Notes under the pieces: model-generated | The model's input: the letters and a program-made list of their open reading frames with translations, nothing else | Told to the model about the DNA's origin: nothing | Database searches by the model: none | Source of the DNA: Zygnema circumcarinatum SAG 698-1b | Taxonomy: Eukaryota > Plantae > Zygnematophyceae | Reading direction: 5' to 3' | Assembly (NCBI GenBank): GCA_037447605.1 | Contig: CM074818.1 | Coordinates: 2,400,501-2,464,500 of the forward strand | DNA: 64,000 bases | Part shown: in pieces, positions 13,398-26,900 of the stretch | Layout: each line of letters begins with the position of its first letter | Numbering within the stretch: the first letter of the stretch is position 1 | Translations under genes and position numbers: made by a program

Positions 13398-13566
13398 GTA
13401 CGATGCCGTACGATCCAGTACTGTACGTTACGGAACGATATCATCGTGTACGATACGCTACGGTCCAAAACCGTACCATAGCGTTCGGCATCAATGTGCT
13501 GTACAGTACTGTACAGTACAAAGTAGTACGGCCACGACTTCGGACTTCGGAGCGTCCCTTTCGTAC
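13398..13566. promoter_or_regulatory. GTAC motif cluster in a head-to-head intergenic region
   Basis: 12 GTAC in 169 bp, including the perfect 18-bp palindrome CTGTACAGTACTGTACAG (13499-13516), between the glycosyltransferase (-) and the FIST/LON gene (+). The regulatory role is inferred. Confidence 0.5.
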
Positions 13567-13662
13567 GGACGGTGCTGGAAAAGCGGGAGAGCTCGCGGAC
13601 GCGCGGACGGACGGGCCCCGTCCCCCGAGGCGGAAGGGGTAGCGGGGAGGGAGGGGGACGCT

Positions 13663-16600
13663 ATGGCGCCATGGCGGGGGACGGGGGAGGCAGCGAGCCG
13701 AGCCATGTGGCGCCATGGCTTCTTCCGCAGAGCTGCGAGCCGCTGCGCGCACGTCCACGCAGCAGCCACTCCCTCCTCCTCCTCCCCCGCGCCTCTCTCC
13801 TCGCCGCAGGATGCGCTCGCGCTCGCAGCATGCCGCCCTGTCCACTCACATCGCCGTCCTTCTCGCCCCTTCTCGTCGTCCTCTCGCACAAACGAAAATA
13901 TTGCAGGCTGGAGCTCAAATGTGCAGACCGACGATGGTCGGACTTTTCAGTTTGCAACGGTGATCGTTGAAGATGGCAGCGCTGCGGACGCGCCCTCGGC
14001 CATGTGGAATCGCACCTGCCTCCTCATCGGAGGCTCTCCCACAGCAGCGGTGGCGTTTGTTTCGCAGCCGACGGCTGCGGCCATGCAGGCCATTGCATAC
14101 TTCAGCGAACGCATCGGCAGTGGCGATGGAGGGCTTTCGTCCAGCAGCGAAAGTCCTGAAAGCGGTAAAGAGCCGCCTATTCCCGCTATTATCGGATGCG
14201 TTGCAGACGAATGGTCTGGATATGGAGGAGAGTTCGCTTCTGCAGGCAGGCGGGGCGGGCTCTCCGGGTCCGGCCAAGATGGCCGGGACGGGTATCGCTC
14301 TTGGAGGCGAGAGAGGGAAAACGACGACGCGGTGGGGCAGGCATTAGCAACACTGCATCCTTTGCTCAGCGCTCTTGGCAGCTCTCAGACTCCCCGGCGG
14401 TTGTCAGGGGAGCAAAGCACGAGAGAAATGCTGAAGAAGGCTCTGCAGGCAAAGAGCTCTGCGACGTCGGGGTCTGATATTCCAGCAGGCCTCGCGGCAG
14501 GTTTGTTTGACAAAAGGGAGGATGAGTGGGGACCAAATCGAGGAGAGGCATCGAATGCGAGTGTTGACTGGGATGATAGAGAGGCTGAGGTTGACGAGGC
14601 GAGCATTTTTGAGACGAATGAAGGTGATACCCCGGAGGATTGGCTGCAGTTGTGTAATGAGTATGAGGAAGTTGTAGCGCGTGGAGATGAATGGAGCGAA
14701 CTGTTAACTGGAGGCGAAACTGACGATCAAAATGCCATAGCGGAGAAAGGATCCACTTGGGGTAGTGATGGTGTAGAGGCGGCGGTTCAAAATGGACGGA
14801 GTAAATCGGTGAAAGAGAAGGCTTCAGAACGTGAAGTTGAGATCGAGAAGTCGATTAGGAAGAGTTCTCACAAGCGTCGTCAAAAGAGTCAGTTGCTTAA
14901 GGATGTGAACTATCAGGAGGGGGATGAGTCGGTGGTTGGGGTGGCCGGCCGAGTTGTTGTTGGACGTGGAAGCAGGCAAACTGGCGATAAAGAAAAGTTT
15001 CGCCTCCACCTTTGTGCAGCTCGTATGCCAGGTGTCTGCGCAACTGCTTTCGTTTCTCCCACTCCTGCACTCCCCTGCCTTCCAAACTTTAGGAGAGCTG
15101 TGCTGGAGGACAATCCACACATGCTAATATTTGGAGCACCAGGTACGCTCTCTTAGCAGCTGATCATCCATTCTCTGTTTTAGCCGGCGACGATTGATTT
15201 TGGCAAATCTTATGAAGTTATGAGATAAGGAGGCCAGCCTTGCACTTGTTTCACCAATCCATTTTTCACGAAAATCCACTGCGTGAAGTGCTGCCTATGA
15301 CTGTGATTTGCAGGCTTTGTCTACAGTGAATTCATGCAGCGTCTCACATCAGTTTTTCCACAAAGTGCTCGGTAAGCTTGTAGGACTTGCTACGTGAAGG
15401 TTGTTTTACTTGTTCTCTCAGGTGTTTCTTGTTGATTTTTTCATGTTAGGGACAACGAGGCCACGGCATTGAGTTGTCACGTTCATCTGGAAACTGCTAA
15501 CGAGTTTTGCATGAAACCTTGGTCGATTACAGGGCTGCCGTTTTCTTGAGACCTTTGTTCGATGAGGTCGCGAACATAAAGCGAGGTGGCCTTGTGGAAG
15601 CAGGACCTTCACCTCTGTTTTATGGCCCGCACGTTGCACACAAAGGGGCTGTGGGACTTGCACTCAGCTCGGATGGTATGTTGCACTCGTTTAGCCTTTG
15701 TTTCATGACGTGCTTCGCACGTTTCACATTGTTTTACCCTTTCTCTGGTCTTCCTTTGCCTTTGTAGAACGAATACTTCGTTCTATTCATTCTTGACACA
15801 ACTCTATCCTGTATCTGTTCACTCCTTGTCGTCCTCTCAGATGTCTTTGGCGTCCCTTCCCCTTTCGTTCTTGCATGTCTCTGTTCTGGACAAGGATCAG
15901 AACAGACCATAAGATGAGTTCCGTAAATCTGCATCAAGTGTTCTTGAGGTTGCAGGCAAGGCAAGCAAGTTACCTTTGGCAGCTTTTGCTGAATTCGTAA
16001 GGATGTCCCTTGCATTTCCGCGGCTTCCTGGCCAAATTTTACTCGAGTAAGCCTGCCAACTTCAGCCGTGGTTTATGAGTAGGGGAGCTGTCTCTGCATG
16101 CGATACTGCCAATGGGGGCACCCCCTGGCAAGACCACTTGCAAAATTACGGTAGCGTTAATGGCAAAGAAGCTCTGCTTGATGGCTGCAGAGACTCCATA
16201 AGCTGCCACCTTTTCAAACCCCGCTTTCCCCCCCTCATCTTGCCTCCGGAGATTGCCCCACGGAGCTCACCAACACGTATAGCGAAAGCGAATCTATTGG
16301 AGCGATCTTCAGCAGAGAAGGGAGGGGAGGATGCGGCTGTAAAGAACTGGGTGGAGCAACTGACACCGTATTTGACCAAGACTAAGGATGGGGCAAACGC
16401 AGAAGGACTTGAAAACACATCTAAGAAGAGTGAGATAATGGCTCGAACTCTTAGGCTGATGTTGGAAGCGAAAGCAGAGGATGACAGGGAGGAAACGGTA
16501 GCAATGTTTGGAAAGCTATTCAGCCAAACACAGAGAAGGCGACTGGTCGTAGTGGTATGTGACGACATGGCAGCAACTTTAGAGAAGGTTGCTAAGGAAC

Positions 16601-19100
16601 GGGGTTGGCATTGAAGTACTAATCAACATAGTTTTGCCCATGGAGAGTTGTGCAGAGTATACTTCACAGATGATGCAAGGGCAGGACAACGGGCTACTTC
16701 CCCTGGCTGTTTTTGGAACAGCGCCCTTTCCAGGATGGTCGTCTGCTTACAACATATTTGAGCCGAAATACCAACTCCTGGTAAAGGCCCTGTGTTCATA
16801 GATACTCATGTTGACTTGTTTGTACTAATGATATTAGGTAGGTTGTTCGTCGTAGAGGTTGTCTTGTCGCGTAAGCTTTGGTTGTTCAACAGTAGGAAAT
16901 GTACTCTGATGCTTGTGCTTATGCCAAATGAACTGCTGGCTAAGGACTTAGATGCTCACCGTCTGCTTTCCTAGACTGTTCATTTTGGTAGTTTTTAGGG
17001 AATATGGCGTAAAGAGGTCAAACCAGCAATCCACGAGTGGTTCAAACAGTCGCACGGTTTACGTAGCATTACGGAGCTTAGGGGGGCAGGTCATCTCCCG
17101 ACAGTGCTACCAAATACTGGTGTCAAGTCAAAGTTTCCTCTTGCCATTGAAAGCTCCTCGAGTGTACAGCCATTCCAAATCAAAATCAGGACTGTGTCTA
17201 CAAGTAGCTGGCTTATGGACGCTTATGGTCTTCATTGCTGTAGACTGAAGTGTCCAGTCACAAGATTATCGTCCTGAAGCAGCTCCCTATTTGGCATGAA
17301 CGATATCAGCAGGCTGATGCGTGCACACATGCATGTCATTCTGTTTCCCGTCACCCTTGACGACCCAAAAGGTGCGAACAGGTTCGCGAGTGTGTGGAGG
17401 TCGACAGGCTCTGCGGCATTGCAGCTCTCTGGCCAACCTGCAGCGGCCCTACCCTCGTGGGCTGCACCGCGGTGAGGAAATTCCACCCCATATCAGAATC
17501 TGAAACTGGAACAGAAACGGAACATATGTGTAATATATGCCGCCATCGTCTCCGCCATTCTTTGAGAAATTGCTTCCATGTTGTCAGGGAAAAATCAGTG
17601 GATTTCATGGCTGTTAGATCCTTGCTGGTAGGAGGTTTAACTAAAAATGGCTTGGGCCAATACCAGCTTGTGCAACTGGTCCATCTTGTGTCGGATTGGG
17701 ATAGGCAGGGGAGGAATGTTTGGTCAGAGATCTCTTTTTATTGAATTCATTTTTGATGTGTGTATGTGTGAGGCTCGCAGACCCTACGTGTTAAACGTTT
17801 TGAATCTGACTGTCGGAGCTCGCTGGTAGCTCATGGCCGTAAGCGCTTCAGGGTGGCCCCTGCAAAGTAAGTCCTTTCACTCGTCAGTTTCCCCACTTCT
17901 CCAACTTGTCTATGTGCTTCTATTGTGATGCATGTAGCGGCGATGCCCTGTCTGCCACCTGTATTTGCTCCTCCCGTACCTGCTCTCCTCTCTCCCCCTT
18001 CCCCCCCCCCCCCCCCCCCACCCCCCACCTCATCAAGTTTGTCATTGATTCTTCCGCACTACCTGCTGCCGTGGGTCTCCTTCAATAAACTCAACAGTAT
18101 TTGGTCTGTTAGCTCACCTCCATGTTCATATGCTCTCCACAGTCCATGCATTCTTTCCCCGCAGTGTGGTGTGCGCATATGCCCGTGCAGTGTGCATGGC
18201 CCCTGTAAGCTCAGGCCTATGGTGGCCTATGCTGCTGCAGAGTGGGGGTGCGTCCTGGCAGCTTCGGGCTCAACGTTGCGGAGGTGGGTCAGTCAGCTCT
18301 CTTTCAGGAGCTTTCTTTCTCAAGCAGACGCATTCACAGCAAAATGCTCCGTTTTTTTGTGATCTAATTGGAGTTGTGATGTACTGATGAAGAGAGCTGG
18401 GAGGTGTCCAGGTGGATTACTTTGATGACGAGAAGGTGGTGGGAGAGGCCGCAGTGCGCGAGCTGAAGAACTTGGCTTTCAGAGCGCTGAGTTTGTGCGA
18501 GAGGGTTGTTGTTAACGTGCTTCAGGTGGGTGCTCTTGTTCGGCCTTATCGCTGATCGTCAGTTTCTATGCAGCGTGTTTTCTCGCCGGCCATGTTTGCT
18601 GTTTGTTTGACACTTTACCTAACCATTTTGCAACTGCGGTGCGCAGATGGGACCTAAAGTTGGTATGCGGTTCGCGAATCCATGGCTGCTAAACAATCCT
18701 GTGGCAGCCTCTTTCGCAATTGCTCACGTTCTTCCCGCTCAGGTGCCATGCTGCCCACTCGTTGGATGTCTGGGCAGGCATAGAATTTCGCAATGGTTTC
18801 TTCGATGTTCATTCTCAGGAGAGGTAAGTTGAATGAATGGTGAAACTGACCGCAACGTGGGTGGTTTGTTGGTCTCTAGCCCAATGTGAAGCTGAGGTGG
18901 CTCGCTTCCACGGACACCAAGATGCGGCTCTTAGAGGAGATGCATTTTCTAAAGGCCCTCGCCATGCCGTGACCTTTTTTTTTTTTGGCCAATACATGAA
19001 CGGGACCTTGCAACCCTCGACCCTTGCAAGCGCTTCTGCTCATGTGTGGTGCCTGCCTGCGGTGGAGTGTGCGCGGAATCGTGATGTGCTGTAGATGTAA
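13663..19100 (+). CDS. Multi-exon protein with N-terminal transit-like peptide, FIST_N-like domain and C-terminal LON N-terminal (substrate-binding)-like domain; 3' end uncertain
   Basis: FIST-like motifs: PTAAVAFVS, PAIIGCV, LCAARMPGVCATAFVS, IKRGGLV...LFYG...KGAVGLALS. LON-N-like motifs: LPLAVFGTAPFPGWSSAYNIFEPKYQLLV, LVGCTAV, VDYFDDE. Phase-consistent GT-AG joins can be traced at 15676-15955, 15997-16065 and about 16556-16669. Confidence 0.6.
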
Positions 19101-19636
19101 GCGAGGTAGCAAAATTGATTTAGTGAAATGAACGGAGAAGAGGCCGCTCGGCGCTGGGTCCTGTCATTTTATTATGGATAGGAAACGGCTGTTATGCGGC
19201 GGGGGCGAGCCTTTGTCGCTTTCTAACATGAGAGGACTGAGAGGGCTTGTGATGATGGGCTCTCGAAATGAACACCACCGACTGTGGTACTGTTGGGCAG
19301 CGCTGAAGTTTCTCTCCGCCTTGAAAACCAGAATTTAAGCCGTCCCCTGGAGCATCCTTCCGCTCAATTATGTGCGAAGTCTTTTGGGCGAAGAGGGAGA
19401 GCGTGCAGCTGTTAATCGGTTGGTCGTAGGTTTCTTTAGAACAAAAACAAGGTCGTTTATGTCTTTGACAACAGGAGAAGGTCTTAAGCGGGAAAAAAGA
19501 AACACAAGTACAAGCTTCAAGGAAATGTTATTGTCAATTAAGAGATATGTTTTTGCTACTTAAACATTTAAAGCTTACGTTTTCGATATTACTGAGTTTC
19601 ATAGTCGAAATTGGAAAGATTGTTAGTAGTTGACGG

Positions 19637-19817
19637 AAGAAAATGGCATTGAACTCACGATGGCGAGGAGGCCATCAAATGTACATGGACGAAAGCATGA
19701 TGGGGAACCACGAGAGGAACTCTCGCGAAGGACCTAAGCACAAAAGAATAAAGCTTGGAGCGGAAAGCTACGCCTGGGAGCAACAACGCAACCCTCCCTC
19801 CAAGCAGCCGCGAAGGT
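19637..19817 (+). repeat. Solo diverged copy of the 57-58 kb repeat unit
   Basis: AGAAAATGGCATTGAACTCACGATGGCGAGGAGGCCATCAAATGTACATGG...GGGGAACCACGAG...GGAGCGGAAAGCTACGCCTGGG..CAACAACGCA...GCAGCCGCGAAGGT shares these blocks, in the same order, with 57825-57995. Confidence 0.85.
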
Positions 19818-20732
19818 TAATAGATTAGTTAATTTAAATGTAATTCCTGCTTTTTTTCTGTGTTTTGAAAAAAGCGTGTTCAAACGGGAGCGGTGAGCCT
19901 ACAGGCACTGGGATAAACTCTTTATGGCGCCATGCCTCCATGAGGATTGCATGGCTCCATGCCGTCACATGAGGGTGCCCATCATCCCATTTATGCACTC
20001 CGCGCTCGTCCTCCGCCGTCCGATCGCCATCGGACGGTCCGCGGCGGGCGGCCAATCATGTGCGCGGGCCGGTCCCGCCGCCCGTTTGCCGCCGCACAGC
20101 CCTGCCGCCCGCGAGCCGCTCCCAGATCTCTGCACACGTGCAGCGCGGCCCCGCAATTGGCCGGAACGGATCCACGGGCGTGGCTCGTGCGACGCGGCCA
20201 AACCGGCCGTTCGTACGGACAGCCCCTGGCACTGTGCAACTGGGGGCATGGGGCGTACGGCGTGGAGCAGACAGGACAGAGGAGGCTCGGGCCGCTCCCT
20301 GAGCGGTCCGGGCCGGGCCGGGGATGGAGAGGGAGGGAGGGAGGGAGAGGTGTGCTGGAGGGGAGTGGGTGAGGGAGTAGGAGCTATGGCTGCGGAACTC
20401 TGCGGTTGTGCGTCTTACATACGTGAAGCCGCGCTGCGTGTTGAAGGCTGAGCGGCAATCGCAGGCTTGGAAGGAACGGAGGGAGACAGATGCGGGAGGA
20501 GGGGAGAGGGTGAAGTGGAAGGTAGGATAAGGAGTGGGACTGAGAGGAGTAGGAAGTAGAATGAGTGCAGGAGACTGAAATGATGTGGAAGAAAGCATTG
20601 AGAGAAAGAAGGAGTAGGTAGGAAGTTGGAGAAAAGGCCAAGGCCGAGAACGAGAGGAAGGGCAGCGCGCAGGAGAGTCTGCGCAGGGAGGGGAGAGCAG
20701 CGGTGGGAGCGGGCGGTGGCGCAGTCGCAGCC

Positions 20733-22214
20733 ATGTCCATCTCTGTGGTCGCTTACGGTGCGTTCTGCAATGCCATGGCGCGGCTCGCAGTGAACCGCAG
20801 CTTGCTCGCGTTGTGCAAGAATGCAGTCCACAGGTCCTTTTCTGTGTTAGAAATGGAAATAGAAAATTTTCCAATTAGAAAGAAGCAAGACGTCGTCTGA
20901 ACTACGCTCAAGCTTTTTTTCAGGTCATTTTGGTGCTGAATGCTGTTGATCTTTCGAGAGCTCTCAATGCTGTTGTTATTATACCGTAATCGATGTTCAT
21001 TGTCATGTTTTCATGTTCATGCTGAAAAATCTTCACGGAAACCTACGTTTTACGGGAATCTACATTCCCTACGCTTGTCCTCATCTTTTGCGTTTACCGA
21101 ATTATTCTCGTTTAGTCGCATTGTCGGCGTTGCAGTCGTGAATACCCTTGTGCAGCAAAAGATTTGTTTCACAATGCAACATATTTGGTTTTCTGCGGAA
21201 GCTTCACTCAGCTGCAAGATAACTCGGAGATAACATTAGATTCTGACGCACGTGCCCGTAATGTTCCCGTTTCCCCAGTGCTACAGCAGAATCATCCTCA
21301 GTATGTGTACGAAAGTGTGATAGTTTAGAGTCATTTCGGCTACTAGTTCCTGAAGGCTGTGCTATTGTGAATATTGATCACATTCTATGCACGTGGCGCG
21401 CAGGTATCATGGTGGCTATCTTCACTGCAGTTTTGTTCCTCTCCTGCATGTTTCATTGGTGAGTACTTGAAGGTGAATAGGTGGAAGGGCATAATGCAGC
21501 GTAATAATAAGGGCATAATGCTTGTTCCACATAATCATCTCTGAGGACACCCTCATTCACTTGCTCCTCGCATGTACTGTGACTAATAAATGGGAAACGT
21601 TAAGCAAGTGGACCTTAAATCGCTGTTTTCCTTTGCTGGGCTTGCCGGTGTGCAGCTTCATCATGCGCATGCATTGGTTTCAACCTCCCGATCCTGCACA
21701 AGTCACATATTCGCAGTGGAGTCTCTGGGGAGTTCGCCAACCGGGGGGGGACGGACTGGACGGAACTAAGGACTCCAATGAGGTGAGATAGCCCCCCCTG
21801 CATCCCTAGTTAGGTAGTTTCTAGTTTACATCTGCAGGCCTGTCCTCCTTCCACTGGTGAGCGTGGGAGTGACAGCACCAATCGGAGTCTTGGCATCTCT
21901 AATGTCTCATCTCCTTCTCCCCTGCACGGAAATGCAATGTTTTGGTGCTTCTTTAAAGGGTTAATGTCTCGCTCCCGGCTGCCCACGCTCATTGAGGGAA
22001 TTGGAGCTTGCAGGTCTCTGTGGTGATGCCGGGGGAAGACGCGCCCACGCATTTGGCTCGACCAAATCCAATGAACGAGGCAGGGGATGTTGAGGTGTGC
22101 TCCATTCGTATTCCTGAAGTCAATGAGGAGGAGGGTGGCAGAAATAGCAGCGATTCCAGACAACCAACAGAGCAGGGTGCAGCCGAGGCTGCCCTGCTTT
22201 CCCGTGCCAATTGA
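20733..22214 (+). CDS. Small single-pass membrane protein, At5g65660/GDU-like C-terminal motif
   Basis: Hydrophobic exon IMVAIFTAVLFLSCMFH and last exon VSVVMPGEDAPTHLARPNP, matching the V(S/L)VxMPG...PxFxAxP motif of that plant family. One exon join could not be phased. Confidence 0.55.
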
Positions 22215-23909
22215 CATGGGATGTTGAGCTATAAGTTAACTATTCCTATCGGAATTTCTCATTCCCCTCTCGAACTGGAGAGGTGAATCCCATTCCAGCA
22301 TTAGGTAGATGATTCTTTTTAGCTTCTCTTAAATAAGCCATTCCAGCAGTGTGTTCCCAGATACAAACGTTATTGCTCGAAGATGCAGCAAGTCCACCTG
22401 GAATAGAACGGGAGAGCAGACTGATGGTCTGGGGGAGTGTAACGAGAGAAGCCGGCTACTACTGTAGTTGGATAGGTTCCAAGCAGGTCAAGGGTCCTTA
22501 ACTAGGACCCATGTCCATGTCAAGGATCCATGTGACATAAGGGCTGAATGTGCATAGAGCGTGAAATAGCAGCAACCGGCCGTCGGAAGGCTTAGTTTGG
22601 AGGTGCCATACAGCACCGCACAGAAAGTTTGCCCTTCCAGTGTGCGGCTGCCTGCGGCCCCGTGCAGGGAGGCGAGTGCTGGTCGACTCCCTTTGTGTCG
22701 CCACCGCTCCACCGCGGGGCCTCTCTGCCTCGGCCTCTGCTTCTGCCGGCGGTCCTCATTCGATTCGAAAGTGGCTAGCGTTATTACAAACGCATTGAAG
22801 CACTTCAAGACACATGTAAATCACTGATTGTTTCCTTCTCCTGTCGCTGTTTGGCGCGAGTCCTTCTCGCGCCCTTGTCACATCGTGATGGTGCTGTAAA
22901 CTGTCCATGTCGTTAGGGCATAGCCGACCTAAAAATCGTTAGTATTACTAGTCGTAGTTTGATACCAAATCGAGTACTCACTCGGAGGACATTGCGGTCC
23001 GCTTGTAGAAGAGTATTTCCGTGACTTTTCCTTTTGAATGTTTTTTCGTAAGATTTTGTTTAGTTTGACATGCCCTGTTGTTGAGTTGATGGTGATCCCT
23101 CCATACCCATGTCCCTTTGCCATCATGCAATCATTGCATGTGATCATCAACCAGTGTTTTAGGAAGCCTAGACAGATAGACGCACGGGCCAAAACAGGAA
23201 ATCTGCCAATAGCTAATGGAGGACCATCTAAAGGCCGTGATGACTCGAACTCGTCACCATGCAGGAATTCGTGTATAGAAGTTGACATAACTATGCATCG
23301 ATTGTCCGGAGAAGCATCATCACAGCCTTCAACAGCTGCTTACAGGACAGCGCTTCCCTAAACAAACTCATGACCAAAACTAGTTAAAAAAAATTCATTG
23401 GGTAGTGATCTGTTCGGTGAAAATCTATTCTTAGGGGAGCGATTGAACCGATGGCCTTCCGAACCATTATTCATCACTTTGTCGGGTTCAGCTGCCCAAC
23501 ATCGTAAATACAATTATGCTCATTTCATTTATTGCAGTTAGATGCTTTTGTACGATTCATACTATCCAAACTCCACTTTTCTTGTACCTCGCAAGGTAAA
23601 CCCAGTCTTTTGTTCCTTCAAAGACGGTGGAAGTCATTCAAGTCAAAGAAATAAATTAAGTCTTTCCTAAAGGGGCCAGCCCATACAGCCGACCATCCGA
23701 GCGTATGATTTAGGCTCGCTGTGCTGAACACAGCAGCCATCTCTTCCTACACAAGGGACTGCTCAAGGCTCACGTTGCAGGAGGGAGTTCCCCCCTCTAA
23801 AGCGCGCAGCAGCGCCACAAAATCGCCAACCGTCAATGCCAGCAATTCGCATAAAACCTCCTACTGCCTGGCCTCCTGGACTGCCTACATCCTATTTCTA
23901 ATTTCGCTT

Positions 23910-26900
23910 CTAGCCCCCCCGCGGCACAACCAGCTTGTCTTGGCCTGACAGCAGACGCGCCGACTGAATGACATCGCCCGTCTTCAGCTGCGAGAGGAGC
24001 TCCTTCCCTTTCGTCACGTACCTGCAAGAGCACCATGCGTCCCATTCACAGCTTCCAAAGTTTAACCTCCCTCTCCGAAACCCGCCACATTCAAACCCAC
24101 AATTTTACTCGTCTGTCGGAACATCGTGAATAGCTATTTAGCAAAGAAAAAGTTTGATCCTCTCCTCAAACCATCTGTCATGGCAAAGGCAAAAACTCAT
24201 GTCTGCACCCAAAGTGGAGAAGCAGGAATAAAAGGCAAATAAAGGAAGATCTGTTACCCAAATACGGAAAACTGGCCTTCGTCGAAGGATAGCCCACCGA
24301 GACCCGACTGCAGCACCACACAGACACCCCCGCCGACAGTTTCAGAGCTAACCATTTAAGATCTATGACTCATCCTCATGGAGCTGAGGCCCAATACGTA
24401 AACAGATGCTGCATGCATCTGCACGAGCACTCATGTGCGTATCGATGAACCATTCATTCATTATTCATTAGCAATCAGTTTAAAGCCTTGCCCCTGATGT
24501 GCTAAGCACGCAAGAAGACAGGGTGAAGCCGAGCGCCCACATTGCGTTTGTCGTAGAGGTAGACGAAGAACTGAGTGGGATGTGAGCTCGTTTCGGAGTC
24601 CACGCTATGGGACATGGCCACTGCCCCAAACACAGACATGGGGATCACGGGAATCTCGCCGTCCTGCACAGATGCCATCAGCTGCAGTCACTACCATTTC
24701 TCTCCCTCCTCTTACTTCTCCCTCCCCTTCTCCATTCTATCTCTCTTACCCAATGAATCCATACCATAGCCAAACTCGTCTTTAATAGAACAGCTTCACT
24801 CTCCACACCAAGGTCACCTCGTGACATGCAAATGGCAATATTTTCAACCAATTAAGAGTTTAATTTTGAGGCCACAATATCATTTGGGATTTCTTTCATT
24901 TTATGATTTATAAAGGTTCGTTTGCCACAGCCTTCCGCCTTTACCTGGACATCGAGGGGAGTCCTGTACATGGGCGCTAAATCACCCAATGGCATGATTT
25001 CAAGGGGAAGAACTTTTCCAAGACGCGGATCCGCCTCCCCCAGTAGCGCTTGGGAAGTTGCTTTCAGGGCCACCCCATTGTATGCGCCTTTTTGCAGCTA
25101 CAAGGTGGAGGCCAATTGCGAAAGAAAATGAAATCAGCGAACTGATGAATGCATAGAGCAGGCATCGTGGAACAAGGAGTTCTGAAAGGAAGCTTTCACT
25201 CACCAATGCTGCAAAGTTACCAGCTGTAATTGGAGCAGAATAACCGTCCAGAACCATCTGCAACCCGCTTCACCTTCACAAACCCTCTTCAGATTGAAAG
25301 GAGTTTCGTGAAGGGTTGAAAACTCGCAGATTTCAAATTACATTCGTAACCCAAAGGCAGCAAACCGCTTTCAAACCGACCTCTATAACGCCCGTTTGCT
25401 TTTGTCCAGCTCCGTCCGACAGATTGAAAGTGGACCCATCTCCTCGAAGTAGAGTAAACTCTGCTATTGCTCGCCCAGTTAACCTGCACAACCCGGTTCA
25501 TTGTATGGGAGATGTATCGCCTCCAAAGGCAACCGTGTCTGCTTCATAGCAGTCAACTCAACCTCATGGAAGTGGAGACACCCACCTTGGAAGATCGTTG
25601 AATTGAGCAGAAATCAAGTACGGCAGTCCGGGAGCCTGCAGTGCTTCATTAAGCCCCCCTTCTTCTGAGCTGCTTAGAGAGATGGCCGGGGCAAGAGTGA
25701 AAAAGAGAGGGCGAAAAAATGGAAGGTGCCCAGAAGGTAGAGAGAGGGAGTGAGGACGAGAGGAAGACAGGGAAGTCAAAAGGAGACAGGAAGAGAGATG
25801 AGGATGAGGAAAAAGGGTAAATTCATTGCTTTACATTGCATGCATTCGCATTCCACATCGCTTCTTCAATTCAATCTCGAAACTAGTCCATGTTATGCCT
25901 TGAACCATTTTTTATTTCTCTCCAAAGGCCCTTTAGAAAAGCCCGCTGTTTGTAAAACGGTCCATTTGTTTACCTGGAGAGCTTCAAGCTCGGCGACGGT
26001 TTCCAGCGTTGCGACCAATCGAGATGCGATTTTGTCGGCGTCCTGCTGCTGGATAGCCGCCAATAGCCCCTCTAGCGAGCCCTGACCACAAGCAATGTCA
26101 CAAAACTGCAGTTCAGGAGAGAAGGTACGCATATTCTGACCCATTAAGAAGAGAAAAATGTATGAATCCATTGTAATTTGCATAAACGCAGCAGCGGAGC
26201 TCACACCCAAAGCGAACAGCCTAACGGAATGTTGTCTGTTCCCGCATAGCACCGCGTATTAAGGCAGCAAAACAGAGCCAACAGATAAAGGGTGGGCAAG
26301 CACACCTTCCCGTTGAGCATCTGTCCGTACAGCTCTTCTCCCCGGGAGAGAGAGGAGGGCGGTACGGCTGCCAGAATGGACGCCTTCTCCGCTATCGTCA
26401 GCTGTCACCCCGAGAGAAGCTGGCGGCAGCGCACACTCATCAGTGGAAATCATTCAGAGCCTCCTCCTTCTATCTCTCTCTCTCTCTCTCTCTCTCTCAC
26501 TCGCTCCCTCTCCCCCTTCCCTTGATCTCCTTCGGATCTCCTCCCACACCTGCCACCCCCCTCGTCAGCCACCCTCCATCCCCTCGTCCACCTCCTTCCT
26601 TCACCTTTCTCCTCTTCTCCCTTCCACCCGTCCGCCTTGGCTGACTTTACTCAATAATTCGCTCGCTCCCCTCCACCAACCTCTAATCCCCGTTCTCTCC
26701 ACTTCTCTTCTACCTCCACCTTCTTCCCTCCCCTCCCCTTCTCTACTTCCCCATTGTCTTTTTTGCCAGCATCATGCTCCTCCTATCCAGATACAAAGTG
26801 CCGTTATGCGTTAAATTTTTGAGTAAATAAAAATCAAAATGAAACTGACAAGCTCGTTTCCACAAAGTGCATTTCGAGGGGCAGACGTGCAACAAACCTG

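Noticed and set aside
12583-13662. N-terminal part of the 857-aa ORF
   Set aside because: It overlaps the glycosyltransferase first exon on the other strand and the GTAC/microsatellite promoter region. The plausible start is ATG 13663.
22300-23800. Short ORFs between the At5g65660-like gene and CYP37
   Set aside because: No recognisable homology or consistent exon chain; probably 3' UTR/intergenic.
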